From the NCBI GenBank assembly GCA_027483625.1, contig JAIXUJ010000021.1, forward strand, positions 20,690 through 84,689: a stretch of 64,000 nucleotides of DNA, in the 5' to 3' direction. Below are positions 45,816-56,389 of the stretch, one piece after another. A program made the translations under genes and the position numbers. The first letter of the stretch is position 1, and each line of letters begins with the position of its first letter. Below the pieces are notes generated by a model. It was given only the letters and a program-made list of their open reading frames with translations, was not told where the DNA came from and did not search any database. Source of the DNA: Oxalobacteraceae bacterium. GTDB lineage: Bacteria > Pseudomonadota > Gammaproteobacteria > Burkholderiales > Burkholderiaceae_D.

Positions 45816-47018
45816 TTAAAGCGACGCTGTGCTGTCGCGCGCTTCACTGAGCCAGAGTAGCAGTGCCGTCAGCGGGAAGGCTAGCCCGGCCCACAACACA
45901 CCTTGCCAGCCATGGCTGGCATACATCCACGCACCCAGCGACGAACCGAGTGCACCACCGAGAAAGAAGATGGCGATGTACAGTCCATTCAGACGGCTGC
46001 GCGTGGCTGCGGCCAGCGCAAACAGGGCGCGCTGGCCGGTGACCAGATTGGCCGACACGCCCATGTCGAGCACGATGGAGGTGGTGACCAGCACCGCCAG
46101 TTCCAGCGTGCGGCCGCCATGCACCAGCAAGGGCAGGGCAAACGCCAATACCCCCAGTACTAGTGCGGCGGCGGTGGTCGAACGGCTCTTGCCCTGATCG
46201 GCGCGGCGTCCGGCAATCGGCGAGGCGATGGCGCCAGCCACACCCACTAAAGCGAAGATCGCCACGCCGGTCTGGCTGAACTGGAAGCGTGGCCCGGTCA
46301 GCTCCAGCGAGACGCAGGTCCAGAACAGGCTGAAGGCGCCGAACATGCAGGCCTGATAGGCGGCGCGGCGGCGCAGTACCGGTGTATCGCGCAGCAGATG
46401 CCAGAGTGATCCGAGCAGGGCGAAATAATGCAGGCCAGAGTCGGGCTGACGCAGTGGCAGGCGGGCGCGTAGCAACAGCGCCAGTGCTGCAGTGGCTGCC
46501 GCAGACAGGACAAAGATGGCGTGCCAGCCCAGTGCATCGGCCACCAGACTGGCAACCGGGCGTGCCAGCATGATGCCCATCAGGAGTCCGCTCATCACGG
46601 TGCCAACGGTCTGACCGCGCGTTTCCGGACGGGATAGGTGGGCGGCGAACGGTACCAGTATCTGCGCTGCCACGGCGCTCAGGCCGATGCTGAAGGCGGC
46701 TAGCAGGAATAAGGCGGCGTTGCTGGTGCTGGCAGCGGCCAGCAAGGCGATGGCGCAGGCCAGCAGGGCGCTACAGATCAGGCGACGGTTTTCCAGCAGA
46801 TCGCCAAGCGGCACGATGAACAGTAAGCCGAGGCAGTAGCCGATCTGGGTCAGGGTGACGATCAGACCGGCGGCGCTGGCGGGCAGGCCGGTGGTCTGGC
46901 TGATCGGGCCGATCAGGGTCTGGGCGTAGTACAGGTTGGCGACAATCAGGCCAGTGGCGCTGGCTAGCAGCCAGACCATGCCGGAAGAAATGTCGCGCTG
47001 GGCGTGCGAGTGGGGCAT
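45816..47018 (-). CDS. MFS transporter
   Basis: 400 aa with about 12 TM helices and an MFS loop motif (PLGDLLENRRL). Confidence 0.85.
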   Translation of the reverse strand: MPHSHAQRDISSGMVWLLASATGLIVANLYYAQTLIGPISQTTGLPASAAGLIVTLTQIGYCLGLLFIVPLGDLLENRRLICSALLACAIALLAAASTSNAALFLLAAFSIGLSAVAAQILVPFAAHLSRPETRGQTVGTVMSGLLMGIMLARPVASLVADALGWHAIFVLSAAATAALALLLRARLPLRQPDSGLHYFALLGSLWHLLRDTPVLRRRAAYQACMFGAFSLFWTCVSLELTGPRFQFSQTGVAIFALVGVAGAIASPIAGRRADQGKSRSTTAAALVLGVLAFALPLLVHGGRTLELAVLVTTSIVLDMGVSANLVTGQRALFALAAATRSRLNGLYIAIFFLGGALGSSLGAWMYASHGWQGVLWAGLAFPLTALLLWLSEARDSTASL

Positions 47019-47116
47019 GTGTGCTCCATCAGTTTGCAGGGCGCAATTTTACCGGTGATTACAAAACGCTGCAGAGTTGCAGTCGATCTGGCGCTAAACG
47101 GGTTGACGCGGATCCG

Positions 47117-47518
47117 TTAGCGGGGCGTGACGGCGGGTTGGCGCTGCCACAGCAGCCACAGTATGCTGGCAGTGACCAGTGAGGCAATGCAGTCGACTGC
47201 CCAGTCGGCGGCGCTGCCATGCCGATACGGGAAGAAACTCTGTACGGTTTCGTCGAGGGCGCCCATGGCCGCAATGGTCAGCACGGCTTTCAGTGCGCGC
47301 TGGCGCGCCACACCACGGCCGCCGGTGAATAGCAAAAAAGTCAGACCGGCGTAGGCGCAGCTGTGCAGAATCAGGCCGGACGCGACGTTGCCGATTTCCT
47401 GACGGGCGCCGGGCAGCGAGCCCAGAATCAGAATCAGTGCATATAGCGTGTACGCGGTAATGTAACGCAGGCGGGCGTGAGTGTCGGAGAGCAGGAGGAG
47501 TTGGAAGCGCTTGTACAT
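47117..47518 (-). CDS. VanZ-family membrane protein
   Basis: Start at MYKRFQ. HSCAYAGL ... LDETVQSFFPYRHGSAADWAVD fits the VanZ pattern. Confidence 0.65.
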   Translation of the reverse strand: MYKRFQLLLLSDTHARLRYITAYTLYALILILGSLPGARQEIGNVASGLILHSCAYAGLTFLLFTGGRGVARQRALKAVLTIAAMGALDETVQSFFPYRHGSAADWAVDCIASLVTASILWLLWQRQPAVTPR

Positions 47519-47722
47519 GGGCCGGACGATAGCACGACTGGCAGAAAAAAGCAGTGGTGCGCCGACCAGGCGGCGCACCGTACCTCAGTCATGCCTATCG
47601 GTTGCATGTACTGAAGATGTAACCAGTATAGGGCGCGAATATGACGCCATTATGACGGCGCACAACAAACTAGCGGCAGGGTATCGCTTGCTACGAGCCT
47701 CCATCCGCAATGAGTTGTGGGC

Positions 47723-47752
47723 AAAAAAAAGCCCGCTGATGAAAGCGGGCTT
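47723..47752 (-). terminator. Rho-independent terminator after the SDR gene
   Basis: On the minus strand: GCCCGCT-ttcatc-AGCGGGC followed by T8. Confidence 0.8.
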
Positions 47753-47882
47753 AAAACTATTTTCTTGGAGGAGAATAGTGGAGACAGGTGCAATTATGGG
47801 CGTCGCTCAGTTATTTGTCTAATTGTCGTTTCGGATAACAGACATTCGTTTTGATAATAACTGTTGGGGCGAGCCGTCTGCG

Positions 47883-48647
47883 CTAGTCGTTGACGGGGAC
47901 CGTATAGTTCAGTGCCAGCCGGCCGCCGTCGACGTACAGGGTCTGGCCGGTCATGTAGCTGGCGTCGTCGCTGGCGAGGAAGGCGGCGATCGAGGCCACT
48001 TCTTCCGGCTCGCCGCAGCGTCCCATCGGGGTACGCGACAGGATGGTGTGGCGCGCTTCCGGGCTGGCCATGACGGCTTCGCGGGCCAGTTCGGTGAGGA
48101 TGGTGCCGGGGCCGATGCCGTTCACGCGTATGCCGTGACTGACCAGATTGAGCGACATCACCTTGGTCAGCTGGTTGATGGCGCCTTTCGATACCACGTA
48201 CGGCACCTGATTCGGAATTGCCAGCTCGGCGTTGACGCTGGACATATTGATGATGCAGCCGCTGTGCTGTTTGACCATCTCGCGCGCCACGGCCTGTCCG
48301 CACAGGAACATCGATTTCAGGTTGATGCGCAGCACGCGGTCGAAGTCTTCCTCGCACACGTCGAGGAAGTTGGCGGCATGGGTCACACCGGCGTTGTTGA
48401 TCAGGATGTCGATGCGGCCAAAGGCGGCCAGCGTGGCGGCGACCATGGCGTCGACATCGGCTTTCTGGCTGACGTCGGCAGCGAAGAAGCGGGCGCGTTC
48501 GCCCAGTGCTTCGGCGGCGCTGGCGCCTTGCGGTTTAATGTCGACCAGCATCACGCTGGCGCCGTCGGCGATCAGGCGCTGGGCGCAGGCCAGACCGATG
48601 CCCTGGGTGGCGCCGGTAACGATGGCGACTTTCTGGCTGAGTTTCAT
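47883..48647 (-). CDS. SDR-family oxidoreductase (glucose 1-dehydrogenase / 3-oxoacyl-ACP reductase-like)
   Basis: TGATQGIG, NNAG and YVVSK (YxxxK). 254 aa. Confidence 0.9.
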   Translation of the reverse strand: MKLSQKVAIVTGATQGIGLACAQRLIADGASVMLVDIKPQGASAAEALGERARFFAADVSQKADVDAMVAATLAAFGRIDILINNAGVTHAANFLDVCEEDFDRVLRINLKSMFLCGQAVAREMVKQHSGCIINMSSVNAELAIPNQVPYVVSKGAINQLTKVMSLNLVSHGIRVNGIGPGTILTELAREAVMASPEARHTILSRTPMGRCGEPEEVASIAAFLASDDASYMTGQTLYVDGGRLALNYTVPVND

Positions 48648-48773
48648 AGTGGGGTGTCTCCGAAGGTGAAGCGTGAATTCTATCAGTCGCGCCGTGCTAC
48701 GCCGCCAGTTCGGCCGATGGCGCGCGGTTTTCGTTACAATAGAGGGTTTGCAACAGAATAAGAGGGCTGGGCC

Positions 48774-49595
48774 GTGACTTTCATCAATAAATTATCCGCC
48801 GCGTGGACGGCCAATGATTCCCTGCTGTGCGTCGGGCTGGATCCGGACATGGCCAAGCTGCCAGCCCAGTTCCAGAATGATCCACAGGGCATTTATCACT
48901 TCTGCCGCGAAATCATCGATGCCACCGCCGATCTGGCCTGCTCGTTCAAGCCGCAGATTGCCTATTTCGCGGCGCTGGGTGCAGAAGCCCAGCTGGAACA
49001 GATCTGTGCCTATGCCCGCGAGCGCTATCCGCAGATTCCCCTGATTCTCGACGCCAAGCGTGGCGACATCGGTGCCACGGCGCACCAGTATGCGCGCGAA
49101 GCGTTTGACCGCTATGGCGCCGATGCCGTGACCGTCAACCCGTATATGGGTTCGGACTCGGTCGATCCGTATATGGACTGGAGCGATCGTGGTGTGATCA
49201 TCCTGTGCCGCACCTCGAATGCCGGTGGCTCGGATCTGCAATTCCTGAACGTCGATGGCCAGCCGCTGTACCAGCATGTGGCGCGACTGGTGGCGCAGAA
49301 GTGGAACCGCAATGGTCAGTGCGCGCTGGTGGTGGGGGCAACCTTCCCGGAAGAACTGGCGCAGGTGCGCGCGATTGTCGGCGATATGCCGCTGCTGGTG
49401 CCGGGTATCGGCGCGCAGGGTGGCGATATTGCGGCGACCGTGAAGTCGGGCCGTACCGCTGCCGGTACCGGCATGATGATTAATTCTTCACGCGCGATAC
49501 TGTACGCGCCGCAACAGGCTGGCGAAGACTTCGCCAGCGCTGCGCGCCGGGTGGCACTGGAAACCCGCGACGCCATCAACCAGTACCGCGCCTGA
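48774..49595 (+). CDS. pyrF: Orotidine-5'-phosphate decarboxylase (type 2)
   Basis: GTG start. [17 protein letters not shown] and VPGIGAQGG. Confidence 0.9.
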   Translation: MTFINKLSAAWTANDSLLCVGLDPDMAKLPAQFQNDPQGIYHFCREIIDATADLACSFKPQIAYFAALGAEAQLEQICAYARERYPQIPLILDAKRGDIGATAHQYAREAFDRYGADAVTVNPYMGSDSVDPYMDWSDRGVIILCRTSNAGGSDLQFLNVDGQPLYQHVARLVAQKWNRNGQCALVVGATFPEELAQVRAIVGDMPLLVPGIGAQGGDIAATVKSGRTAAGTGMMINSSRAILYAPQQAGEDFASAARRVALETRDAINQYRA

Positions 49596-49641
49596 TCTAG
49601 CAGGTGCTACTACCAGCCCCGGCATCGCCGGGGCAGTATCA

Positions 49642-49665
49642 AGCCCGCATTGCCGGGCTTTTTTT
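49642..49665 (+). terminator. Rho-independent terminator after pyrF
   Basis: AGCCCG-cattgc-CGGGCT followed by a T-run. It is preceded by a second hairpin, CCCCGGC-atc-GCCGGGG. Confidence 0.7.
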
Positions 49666-49729
49666 GCGCCCATTCGGTCGCCACAGGCGGGCGTCGCGCT
49701 GTTCCTGGCGCGGCCGCTGACGCTGGTTT

Positions 49730-51172
49730 TTACTGGGCCGGTGCGATCAGTTCCACGTATTCGTAGAGTTCCGTCAGAATCTGCTCGGCGCGCTCATCGG
49801 CATCCTGCTGCAGGTGATCGATCTCGCCGAAGAACTGGTCGATGCTGCGCGCACCACCGGCACCATCGTAAAAGCGCGCCGCACGGTGCTGCTCCCAATG
49901 CTCCATTTCTTCTTCCGACAGGCTGTCGGGGAAGTTGCGGGCGCGATAGCGGAACAGCAGTTCCACGAGACGCGGGTCGCTGAAGGTGGGCGCGGCAGCA
50001 GCCAGTCGTGCCGGGGTTTCCTTGCGCAGGCTGTCGAGCAGACGCCGGTCGTCCTTGCTGACGAAGCCGTTGTACAGATCTTCATCGACGTCCAGCGCTG
50101 CACCGGCCGGACGGTAGAACACTTCGGCCCAGATGGCATCCATATTCGGCCCGGCGGCCGCCAGTGCGGCGTTGGCCTTACCCTGTTCCAGATCCAGTCC
50201 CCATTTGGTGGCCATGGCCGGGCTGAGGGTCTTCAGATTCGCCACCAGCATCGGCGATTTATTCAGGTGCACGCTCTTCACGGGCAGGCGGGTCATCCCT
50301 TCCGGCATGGCGTCGCTGCGCGTGAAGATGCGGGTGCGGATGGTGTCGGCATCGAGCGCGAACAGTTCGCGCGGATCGTAGGCGCAATCCCAGACGATCA
50401 GTTCATTCTTGTTGGTGGGGTGGGTGGCCAGCGGCCAGACCAGCGCCAGACAGCCACGCTCGGCCGGGAACATGCCCGACACGTGCAGGAAGGGCTGGCG
50501 CAGGGCCGGCGCCAGATGCAGTCCCACTTCGTCGGCCACGCGATCTTTCTTGTGCAAGGCCAGACAGAAGTCGAACAGCTTGGGCTGGTGCTGGCGGATC
50601 AGGCGTGCCAGTGCGATGGTGGCGCGCACGTCGGACAACGCATCGTGCGCCGCTTCGTGTACCAGACCGTTGGCTTTTGCCAGATCTTCCAGTCTGAAAC
50701 TCGGCTTGCCATCATCCTTGGTAGGCCAGACGATGCCTTCCGGACGCAGCGCGTAGGTCATGCGCACTACGTCGAGCAGGTCCCAGCGGCCGCACTGGTT
50801 CTGCCATTCGCGCGCATACGGGTCAATCAGGTTACGCCAGAACATGAAGCGGGTGATTTCATCATCGAAGCGGATGGTGTTGTAGCCCACGCCGATGGTG
50901 CCGGGCTGGGAAAACGCCTGTTCGATGGTGGCCGCGAAACGGTGCTCCGGCACGCCCCATTCCAGGCACTGCTGGGGCGTGATGCCGGTAATCAGGCACG
51001 ATTGCGGATCGGGCAGGAAGTCGTTGGCCGGTTTGCAATACAGCATGATCGGATCGCCGATCTCGTTGAGGGCGGCATCGGTGCGGATCGCGGCAAACTG
51101 CGCTGGCCGGTCACGGCGCGTCTGGGCGCCAAAGGTTTCGTAATCGTGCCAGAGAAAAGTCGGTGTGCTCAT
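49730..51172 (-). CDS. sbcB: Exodeoxyribonuclease I
   Basis: FLWHDYETFG (Exo I DEDDh N-terminus). 480 aa with the SH3-like/C-terminal domains. Confidence 0.9.
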   Translation of the reverse strand: MSTPTFLWHDYETFGAQTRRDRPAQFAAIRTDAALNEIGDPIMLYCKPANDFLPDPQSCLITGITPQQCLEWGVPEHRFAATIEQAFSQPGTIGVGYNTIRFDDEITRFMFWRNLIDPYAREWQNQCGRWDLLDVVRMTYALRPEGIVWPTKDDGKPSFRLEDLAKANGLVHEAAHDALSDVRATIALARLIRQHQPKLFDFCLALHKKDRVADEVGLHLAPALRQPFLHVSGMFPAERGCLALVWPLATHPTNKNELIVWDCAYDPRELFALDADTIRTRIFTRSDAMPEGMTRLPVKSVHLNKSPMLVANLKTLSPAMATKWGLDLEQGKANAALAAAGPNMDAIWAEVFYRPAGAALDVDEDLYNGFVSKDDRRLLDSLRKETPARLAAAAPTFSDPRLVELLFRYRARNFPDSLSEEEMEHWEQHRAARFYDGAGGARSIDQFFGEIDHLQQDADERAEQILTELYEYVELIAPAQ

Positions 51173-51264
51173 AAGTTACAAGTTTAGGGCTACAGTTATG
51201 GTCAATTCTGCCGTTCTATACATTATCGCCGGTCGTTTGATCGGCGCACTCTAGGAGTTTCATC

Positions 51265-51900
51265 ATGACCTCTCCCGCTTCTGCGCTGGCCCAGCCAGCT
51301 GGCAGCACCCGCACCGAAGCCACGGTTTCCGGGACGGCCGGCAAGTCCGCTACGCTACGCGCCGAGGGGGCCGAGGGTGTGCAAAAGACATTATCACCGG
51401 CGGCCCAGTCGCATGCCCAGCTCAATACCGCTATCGTACAAGCTTCCCTGACGGTGGCGCTGAATTCTTCCAACGAGCCGCTGGCGCTGGTGCTCAAAAC
51501 GGCACTGACCGGGATTAACGAGGCGCTGGCACCACAGCAGGGGGCGAACGCGATCGAACAGGCGCAGTCGCAGGACAATACGCCGGAAGGCACGGCGAGC
51601 CGCATTGTAGCGCTGTCGACGGCGTTTTACGACGCCTATCGCCAGCAGCATCCGGGCGGCGATGAGGACACCACCTTGCAGAACTTTGTCAGCACGCTAC
51701 AGCGCGGCGTCGATCAGGGCTTCAAGGAAGCGCGCGACATCCTCGGTGGCTTGCAGGTGCTGAAGGGAGATATTGCCAGCAATATCGATAAGACTTACGC
51801 GCTGGTGCAGCAGGGCTATGCCGATTTCCTCAGCGCGCACCGGTCCGGTGCTGCGCCGGACAACGCCACCACGTCCGGCACCAAGGCGGCGACCGCCTAG
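51265..51900 (+). CDS. Hypothetical protein (DUF5610-like, tentative)
   Basis: 211 aa, Ala/Gln-rich N-terminus. TPEGTASRIVALSTAFYDAY resembles DUF5610 from memory. Confidence 0.45.
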   Translation: MTSPASALAQPAGSTRTEATVSGTAGKSATLRAEGAEGVQKTLSPAAQSHAQLNTAIVQASLTVALNSSNEPLALVLKTALTGINEALAPQQGANAIEQAQSQDNTPEGTASRIVALSTAFYDAYRQQHPGGDEDTTLQNFVSTLQRGVDQGFKEARDILGGLQVLKGDIASNIDKTYALVQQGYADFLSAHRSGAAPDNATTSGTKAATA

Positions 51901-51920
51901 TCGCCCGCTTCAGGAGGACG

Positions 51921-52913
51921 TTAGGCCGACTGCAGGGCAGCGCTATGCAGGGCGACGCGGTTGCGTCCCTCGGCTTTGGCGCGGTACAGGGCTGCGTCGG
52001 CATTCGCGATCAGGGTCTGTTCGTCCTGCCCCGCTTGCAGCGCGGCGACCCCGAAGGATGCCGTGATGTGCGGCAGGGGCGTGCGCATGTCGGCAAACAC
52101 CTGCGCTTGCCGCATCCGTTCGCACAGCCGTTCGGCCACTGCGACGGCGACTTTTTCACTGGTATCGGGCAGCAGCACCATCATTTCCTCACCACCGTAG
52201 CGGACTGCGAAATCGGTCGGCCGCAGCGCACTGCTGAGCACCGAGGCGGCCATCCGCAGCGCCTGATCGCCGGCCAGATGGCCGTGGCTATCGTTGAAGC
52301 GCTTGAAGTGGTCGAGGTCGATCATGATCAGCGACAGCGGCGCATGCGAGCCTTGCGCGGTGGCCACCATGGTGGGCAGCAGATCGTTTAGCCATGAGCG
52401 GTTATACAGATCGGTCAGCCCGTCGATCATGGATAGCTGGCGGTAGAACTCGCCGAGCTTCTGACGCCGGCGCAGTTGTGCATTGGCGGCGCGGATACGG
52501 AAAGACAGCAGGCGCAGCAGATTGCGCGCCAGCACATGCGATTCGTCGATCAGTTGCCATACCAGTTCGGACGAGATCACCAGCACATCGGTTTCTTCCA
52601 GTGCGGTGATGGAACTGAGATTGGCTTCTTCGTCCAGCACCGACTGTTCGCCCACGCTTTCGCCCGGCAGGATCTTGCTGATGGTGCCATCGGCCATGCC
52701 GGTGCGGGTATCGGTGGCCACTGACAGGGCGCCACGCAGCACGATGTACAGATGCGCGTGCTGCGCTTCGGCAATACTTTGCTCGGCCTCCAGCCGCATG
52801 ATGGGGCAGGGCGCGAGCAGTTTGGCGACGGCAGCCGCATCGGTGGAATTGCGTAGCAGTTGCAGATCGCTGATCTGGTAGGGCGAGGCGCCGAAGGTGC
52901 TGATGTGTTTCAA
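51921..52913 (-). CDS. Diguanylate cyclase with an N-terminal cyclic-nucleotide-binding domain
   Basis: cNMP-binding-like N-terminus (GESVGEQSVLDE...). The GGDEF domain has an RYGGEEM active site and an RPTD (RxxD) I-site 5 residues upstream. Confidence 0.85.
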   Translation of the reverse strand: MKHISTFGASPYQISDLQLLRNSTDAAAVAKLLAPCPIMRLEAEQSIAEAQHAHLYIVLRGALSVATDTRTGMADGTISKILPGESVGEQSVLDEEANLSSITALEETDVLVISSELVWQLIDESHVLARNLLRLLSFRIRAANAQLRRRQKLGEFYRQLSMIDGLTDLYNRSWLNDLLPTMVATAQGSHAPLSLIMIDLDHFKRFNDSHGHLAGDQALRMAASVLSSALRPTDFAVRYGGEEMMVLLPDTSEKVAVAVAERLCERMRQAQVFADMRTPLPHITASFGVAALQAGQDEQTLIANADAALYRAKAEGRNRVALHSAALQSA

Positions 52914-53056
52914 AATGGTCTTTCAGGATGCTGATAGGCAAGCCTGACCATCATAGCTGAACTGCTTGCCGGCCTGTGTAAATTTTGTTCAGGAAGTTGT
53001 TGCAGGATCTATCTGCCGATGCTTCAATACCGGCTTTGTGTTCACGGAAGCCGACC

Positions 53057-53857
53057 ATGGAATATACCGACGCGCTGGGAACAGTGCACCGTCCGGCAGC
53101 CGATGCCCGCATCGTCTCGCTGGTGCCATCGATTACGGAAATGCTGTGCGACTTCGGGCTGGCCGGGCAACTGGTGGGGCGCACCGGCTTTTGCATCCAC
53201 CCTAGCGAGCTGGTGGCGGCCATCCCCAAGGTGGGCGGCACCAAGGATGTGAATATCGACAAAATCCGCAAGCTGGCACCCACCCATCTGGTGGTCAATA
53301 TCGATGAAAACGAACAGCCGACGGTGGCGCAACTGGCCGAGTTCATTCCGCATATCGTGGTGACCCATCCGCTGGCGCCACGCGACAATCTGGCACTGGC
53401 CGAACTGCTGGGCGGGGTGTTCTGCTGCAGCCGCGAAGCGGCCGAGTGGAGTGCCGATTTCGAGCGCGAGTATGCGCGCCTGCAAGCGCTGCAGGCGCAG
53501 TCGGCCCAGCCGGCGCGCACCATGTTGTACTGCATCTGGCAGGATCCGTGGATGTCGGTGTCGCGCGATACGTATATTGCGCGCATGCTGGCGGAAATCG
53601 GCTGGCAGGTGCCGCAACTGGGCGCGGTGCGCTATCCGGAATTTAGCTGGACGCCGGAATTGCTGGCGCAGATCGATGGTGTGCTGCTGTCGAGCGAACC
53701 GTATCGTTTCAGCGAAGCGCATGCGGCCGTGCTGGCGCAGCAGATCGGTAAGCCGGTACAACTGGTCGATGGGGAAATGCTGTCGTGGTATGGCAGCAGG
53801 GCGCTGCAAGGCTTGCGGTATTTACAGGAGCTAGCGGGCGCTAGCTCCGTCAGGTGA
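53057..53857 (+). CDS. BtuF/TroA-like helical-backbone metal or cobalamin-binding protein
   Basis: Start at MEYTD. RIVSLVPSITEMLCDFGL..VGRT..C, DVNIDKIRKLAPTHLVV. No obvious signal peptide. Confidence 0.65.
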   Translation: MEYTDALGTVHRPAADARIVSLVPSITEMLCDFGLAGQLVGRTGFCIHPSELVAAIPKVGGTKDVNIDKIRKLAPTHLVVNIDENEQPTVAQLAEFIPHIVVTHPLAPRDNLALAELLGGVFCCSREAAEWSADFEREYARLQALQAQSAQPARTMLYCIWQDPWMSVSRDTYIARMLAEIGWQVPQLGAVRYPEFSWTPELLAQIDGVLLSSEPYRFSEAHAAVLAQQIGKPVQLVDGEMLSWYGSRALQGLRYLQELAGASSVR

Positions 53858-53872
53858 TCCTAGCGGATCGGT

Positions 53873-54241
53873 TTATTCGACGTCGGCTTCGGCGTCAGCT
53901 TCGGCTGGAACGGCAGCGCCTGCATGGCGCTTGTCCTGCAGACGACCGAGTGCACTATCGATGGCGCGTTTCAGTTTGTCGGCAGCGCCGCCGATGGCCT
54001 GATGCAGGGTGGCAGCATGGTCACTGACGGCGATCGGCTGATAACCGGTGACGCGCGCTTCCAGCATGCAGCGATTGTCGCCGTCGGCCGATTTCTGACC
54101 GAGGTTATCGCTCAGGTGCACTTCGACGCGGGTGATCTGTTCGCCGAAGCGGTGGAGCGCATTAGTCACGACAGTTTGTACGTGCTCATCCAGGCCTGCA
54201 TGGCGTTCGATGGTTTTGTCGGCATTGATATTGATTTGCAT
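53873..54241 (-). CDS. HPF/RaiA-family ribosome-associated protein
   Basis: MQININADKTIERHAGLDEHV... matches the S30AE/sigma-54 modulation protein fold pattern. 122 aa. Confidence 0.75.
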   Translation of the reverse strand: MQININADKTIERHAGLDEHVQTVVTNALHRFGEQITRVEVHLSDNLGQKSADGDNRCMLEARVTGYQPIAVSDHAATLHQAIGGAADKLKRAIDSALGRLQDKRHAGAAVPAEADAEADVE

Positions 54242-54343
54242 ATGCTTGCTCCTGTTTGTTGAACTGCGATTTCATCTTACTCCTTTTTTGCTTAAGTGCG
54301 CATTAAGCAAGCCGCCCTGTGCAGTAAGGCGTTCAGGCAGTGA

Positions 54344-55003
54344 TCAGGCATTGATCAACGAGGCGGCCAGATTGATCGACAGACCCAGCACCGCAAGGTT
54401 GTAGAAGAAGCACAGCACCGACTGGCACAGCACGACCTGGCGCAGGTTGCGGCTGTGGATGCTCACATCGGCGGTCTGTGCAGCCACCGAAATGGTGAAC
54501 GAGAAGTACAGAAAATCCCAGTAATTCGGGGTCAGATCCGCGTCGGGAAAACGCAGTACGGCAGGCTGTTCGGGGTTGATGTAAAACAGGTGCGCGTAGT
54601 GCGAACAGAACATGGTGCCGATCATGAACCATGAGCCGGTCAGCGTGAGGACTACGAAGCCGTAGTGATAGGCCATGGTGCCGGCCGGTGCATCTTTGAT
54701 GGTCGACAATTGCGAGACGATGGCGGCCAGACTGGCCAGAATCAGCAGCGACAGCATGCTGAGAATGACCGGCCCTTTTTCGTCCTGACGGCAGGCGGCG
54801 CGGCGGATATCGTGATGATCGGCACGGGCCATCATCAGCGCCATCATCAGCAGATAGCTCCAGACGATGACATTCCACGCGCCCAGCAAGCGGGTTGCCG
54901 GCGACCAGTCGAACGGCAGCAATAGACCGGTCGTGATGCCCAGTGCCAGCGCAGCACTCAGGTGCGGGCGGCTGTGGATGATGCGTGGCAGGTGCAGACT
55001 CAT
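54344..55003 (-). CDS. DUF1345-family membrane protein
   Basis: Start at MSLHLPR. About 5-6 TM helices, with YFSFTISVAAQTADV typical of DUF1345. There is a 4-nt overlap with the upstream MFS gene. Confidence 0.65.
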   Translation of the reverse strand: MSLHLPRIIHSRPHLSAALALGITTGLLLPFDWSPATRLLGAWNVIVWSYLLMMALMMARADHHDIRRAACRQDEKGPVILSMLSLLILASLAAIVSQLSTIKDAPAGTMAYHYGFVVLTLTGSWFMIGTMFCSHYAHLFYINPEQPAVLRFPDADLTPNYWDFLYFSFTISVAAQTADVSIHSRNLRQVVLCQSVLCFFYNLAVLGLSINLAASLINA

Positions 55004-56325
55004 TTTTGCTCCTCGTGCGGGAAACGGTCCATGCGCGACAGCACCGGGAACAGTACCGCCCACAGACCGGTGACAGCGAGCGTGGCGGCGCCGCCGAACA
55101 GCACGGCGCGGGTCAGGCCCATCCAGCCGGCGGTGACGCCCGATTCGAATTCGCCAAGCTCGTTGGAGGCGCCGATGAACACGGAATTGACGGCACTGAC
55201 GCGGCCACGGATGGCGTCCGGCGTTTCGTACTGCACCAGCAGATGGCGTACGTAGACGCTGACCATGTCACCGGCCCCCATCAGGAATAGCGCCACCAGT
55301 GCCACGATGAAGGTGGTGGTAGAGCCCAGTACCAGCGTGCCGGCGCCGAACACGGCGACGCCCCCCAGCATCCACGCGCCGACCCGGCGCGTGATGGGGA
55401 AGAAGGTCAGGGTGATCGAGCAGAGTGCTGCGCCGATGCCCGGAGCGGTGCGCAGCATGCCGAGTCCGGTGGGGCCAACCTGCAGCACGTCATGGGCCAG
55501 CGCCGGCAGCAGTGCGGTGGCGCCGCCAAACAGTACGGCAAACAGGTCGAGCGAAATCGCACCAAGAATCACCGGGCGCGAAAACACGAAGCGCAAGCCT
55601 TCCAGCACGGTGTGCCAGCTGGCCGGTTCGCGGTGGCTGGCTTGCGGTGCCGGTTTGGTCAGGCACATCAGGATCACGGACAGCACCAGCAGGCCCGAGG
55701 AAATCAGGTAGACCGTTTTCGGTCCGGCCAGATACAGCAGGCCGCCCAGCGTGGGCCCGAGAATGATGGCCAGATGGAAGCTCGAGGAACTCAGTGCCAC
55801 GGCCTGACTGAAGCTTTCCGCTGGCACCAGATTGACCAGCATGGCCTGCGTGGCCGGTCCCATGAAAGCACGGGCACTGCCGAACAGTACCAGCACGGCA
55901 AAAATCGGCCAGACGGTGCGCAGACCGGCCACGGTAAAGGCCAGCAGTAGCAGGCCGCACAGCAGTTGTGCCGTCAGCGCCAGTGCCACCAGATTGCGCC
56001 GGTTATAGCGGTCGGCAGCGTGGCCGGCCAGCAGAATCAGTAACAGAAAGGGCGCGAATTGCGCCAGCCCGATCAGACCCAGATCGAACAGGTCGTGGGT
56101 CATGGCATAGACTTGCCAGCCGATGGCGACGTTCTGCATTTGTACGGCCAGTGTGCCCAGCGTGCGGGCCGACAGGTAGAAGGCGAAATTGCGGTGGCGT
56201 AGTACGCCAAGGCCGCTGCGTGGTGCGGGCGAAGGACTGGACGTTGCGGCGGCGGGTGAGTTCGCAGGTGGCGTAGCGGGCGGGGTTGCAGATGAGACTG
56301 CGGGTGGTGCAGAGCTGTCAGACAT
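55000..56325 (-). CDS. MFS transporter (EntS-like)
   Basis: 441 aa with a low-complexity N-terminus, RNFAFYLSARTLGTL, GHAADRYNRR, and 12 TM helices. Confidence 0.85.
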   Translation of the reverse strand: MSDSSAPPAVSSATPPATPPANSPAAATSSPSPAPRSGLGVLRHRNFAFYLSARTLGTLAVQMQNVAIGWQVYAMTHDLFDLGLIGLAQFAPFLLLILLAGHAADRYNRRNLVALALTAQLLCGLLLLAFTVAGLRTVWPIFAVLVLFGSARAFMGPATQAMLVNLVPAESFSQAVALSSSSFHLAIILGPTLGGLLYLAGPKTVYLISSGLLVLSVILMCLTKPAPQASHREPASWHTVLEGLRFVFSRPVILGAISLDLFAVLFGGATALLPALAHDVLQVGPTGLGMLRTAPGIGAALCSITLTFFPITRRVGAWMLGGVAVFGAGTLVLGSTTTFIVALVALFLMGAGDMVSVYVRHLLVQYETPDAIRGRVSAVNSVFIGASNELGEFESGVTAGWMGLTRAVLFGGAATLAVTGLWAVLFPVLSRMDRFPHEEQK

Positions 56326-56389
56326 GGGCGCTTTCGCGGCGCCGCGCCGGATGGCGTGGCCTCCGTTGCGGCGCCCGTGGGGAGGAAAC

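Noticed and set aside
52914-53056. A possible cobalamin riboswitch upstream of the BtuF-like gene.
   Set aside because: The leader is only about 140 nt and I could not find a B12-box-like element.
54288-54311. The inverted repeat TTGCTTAA-N7-TTAAGCAA between the DUF1345 and hpf genes, considered as a terminator.
   Set aside because: On the transcribed (minus) strand it is followed by an A-run, not a T-run. It may be a protein-binding palindrome, but I have no support for a specific role.
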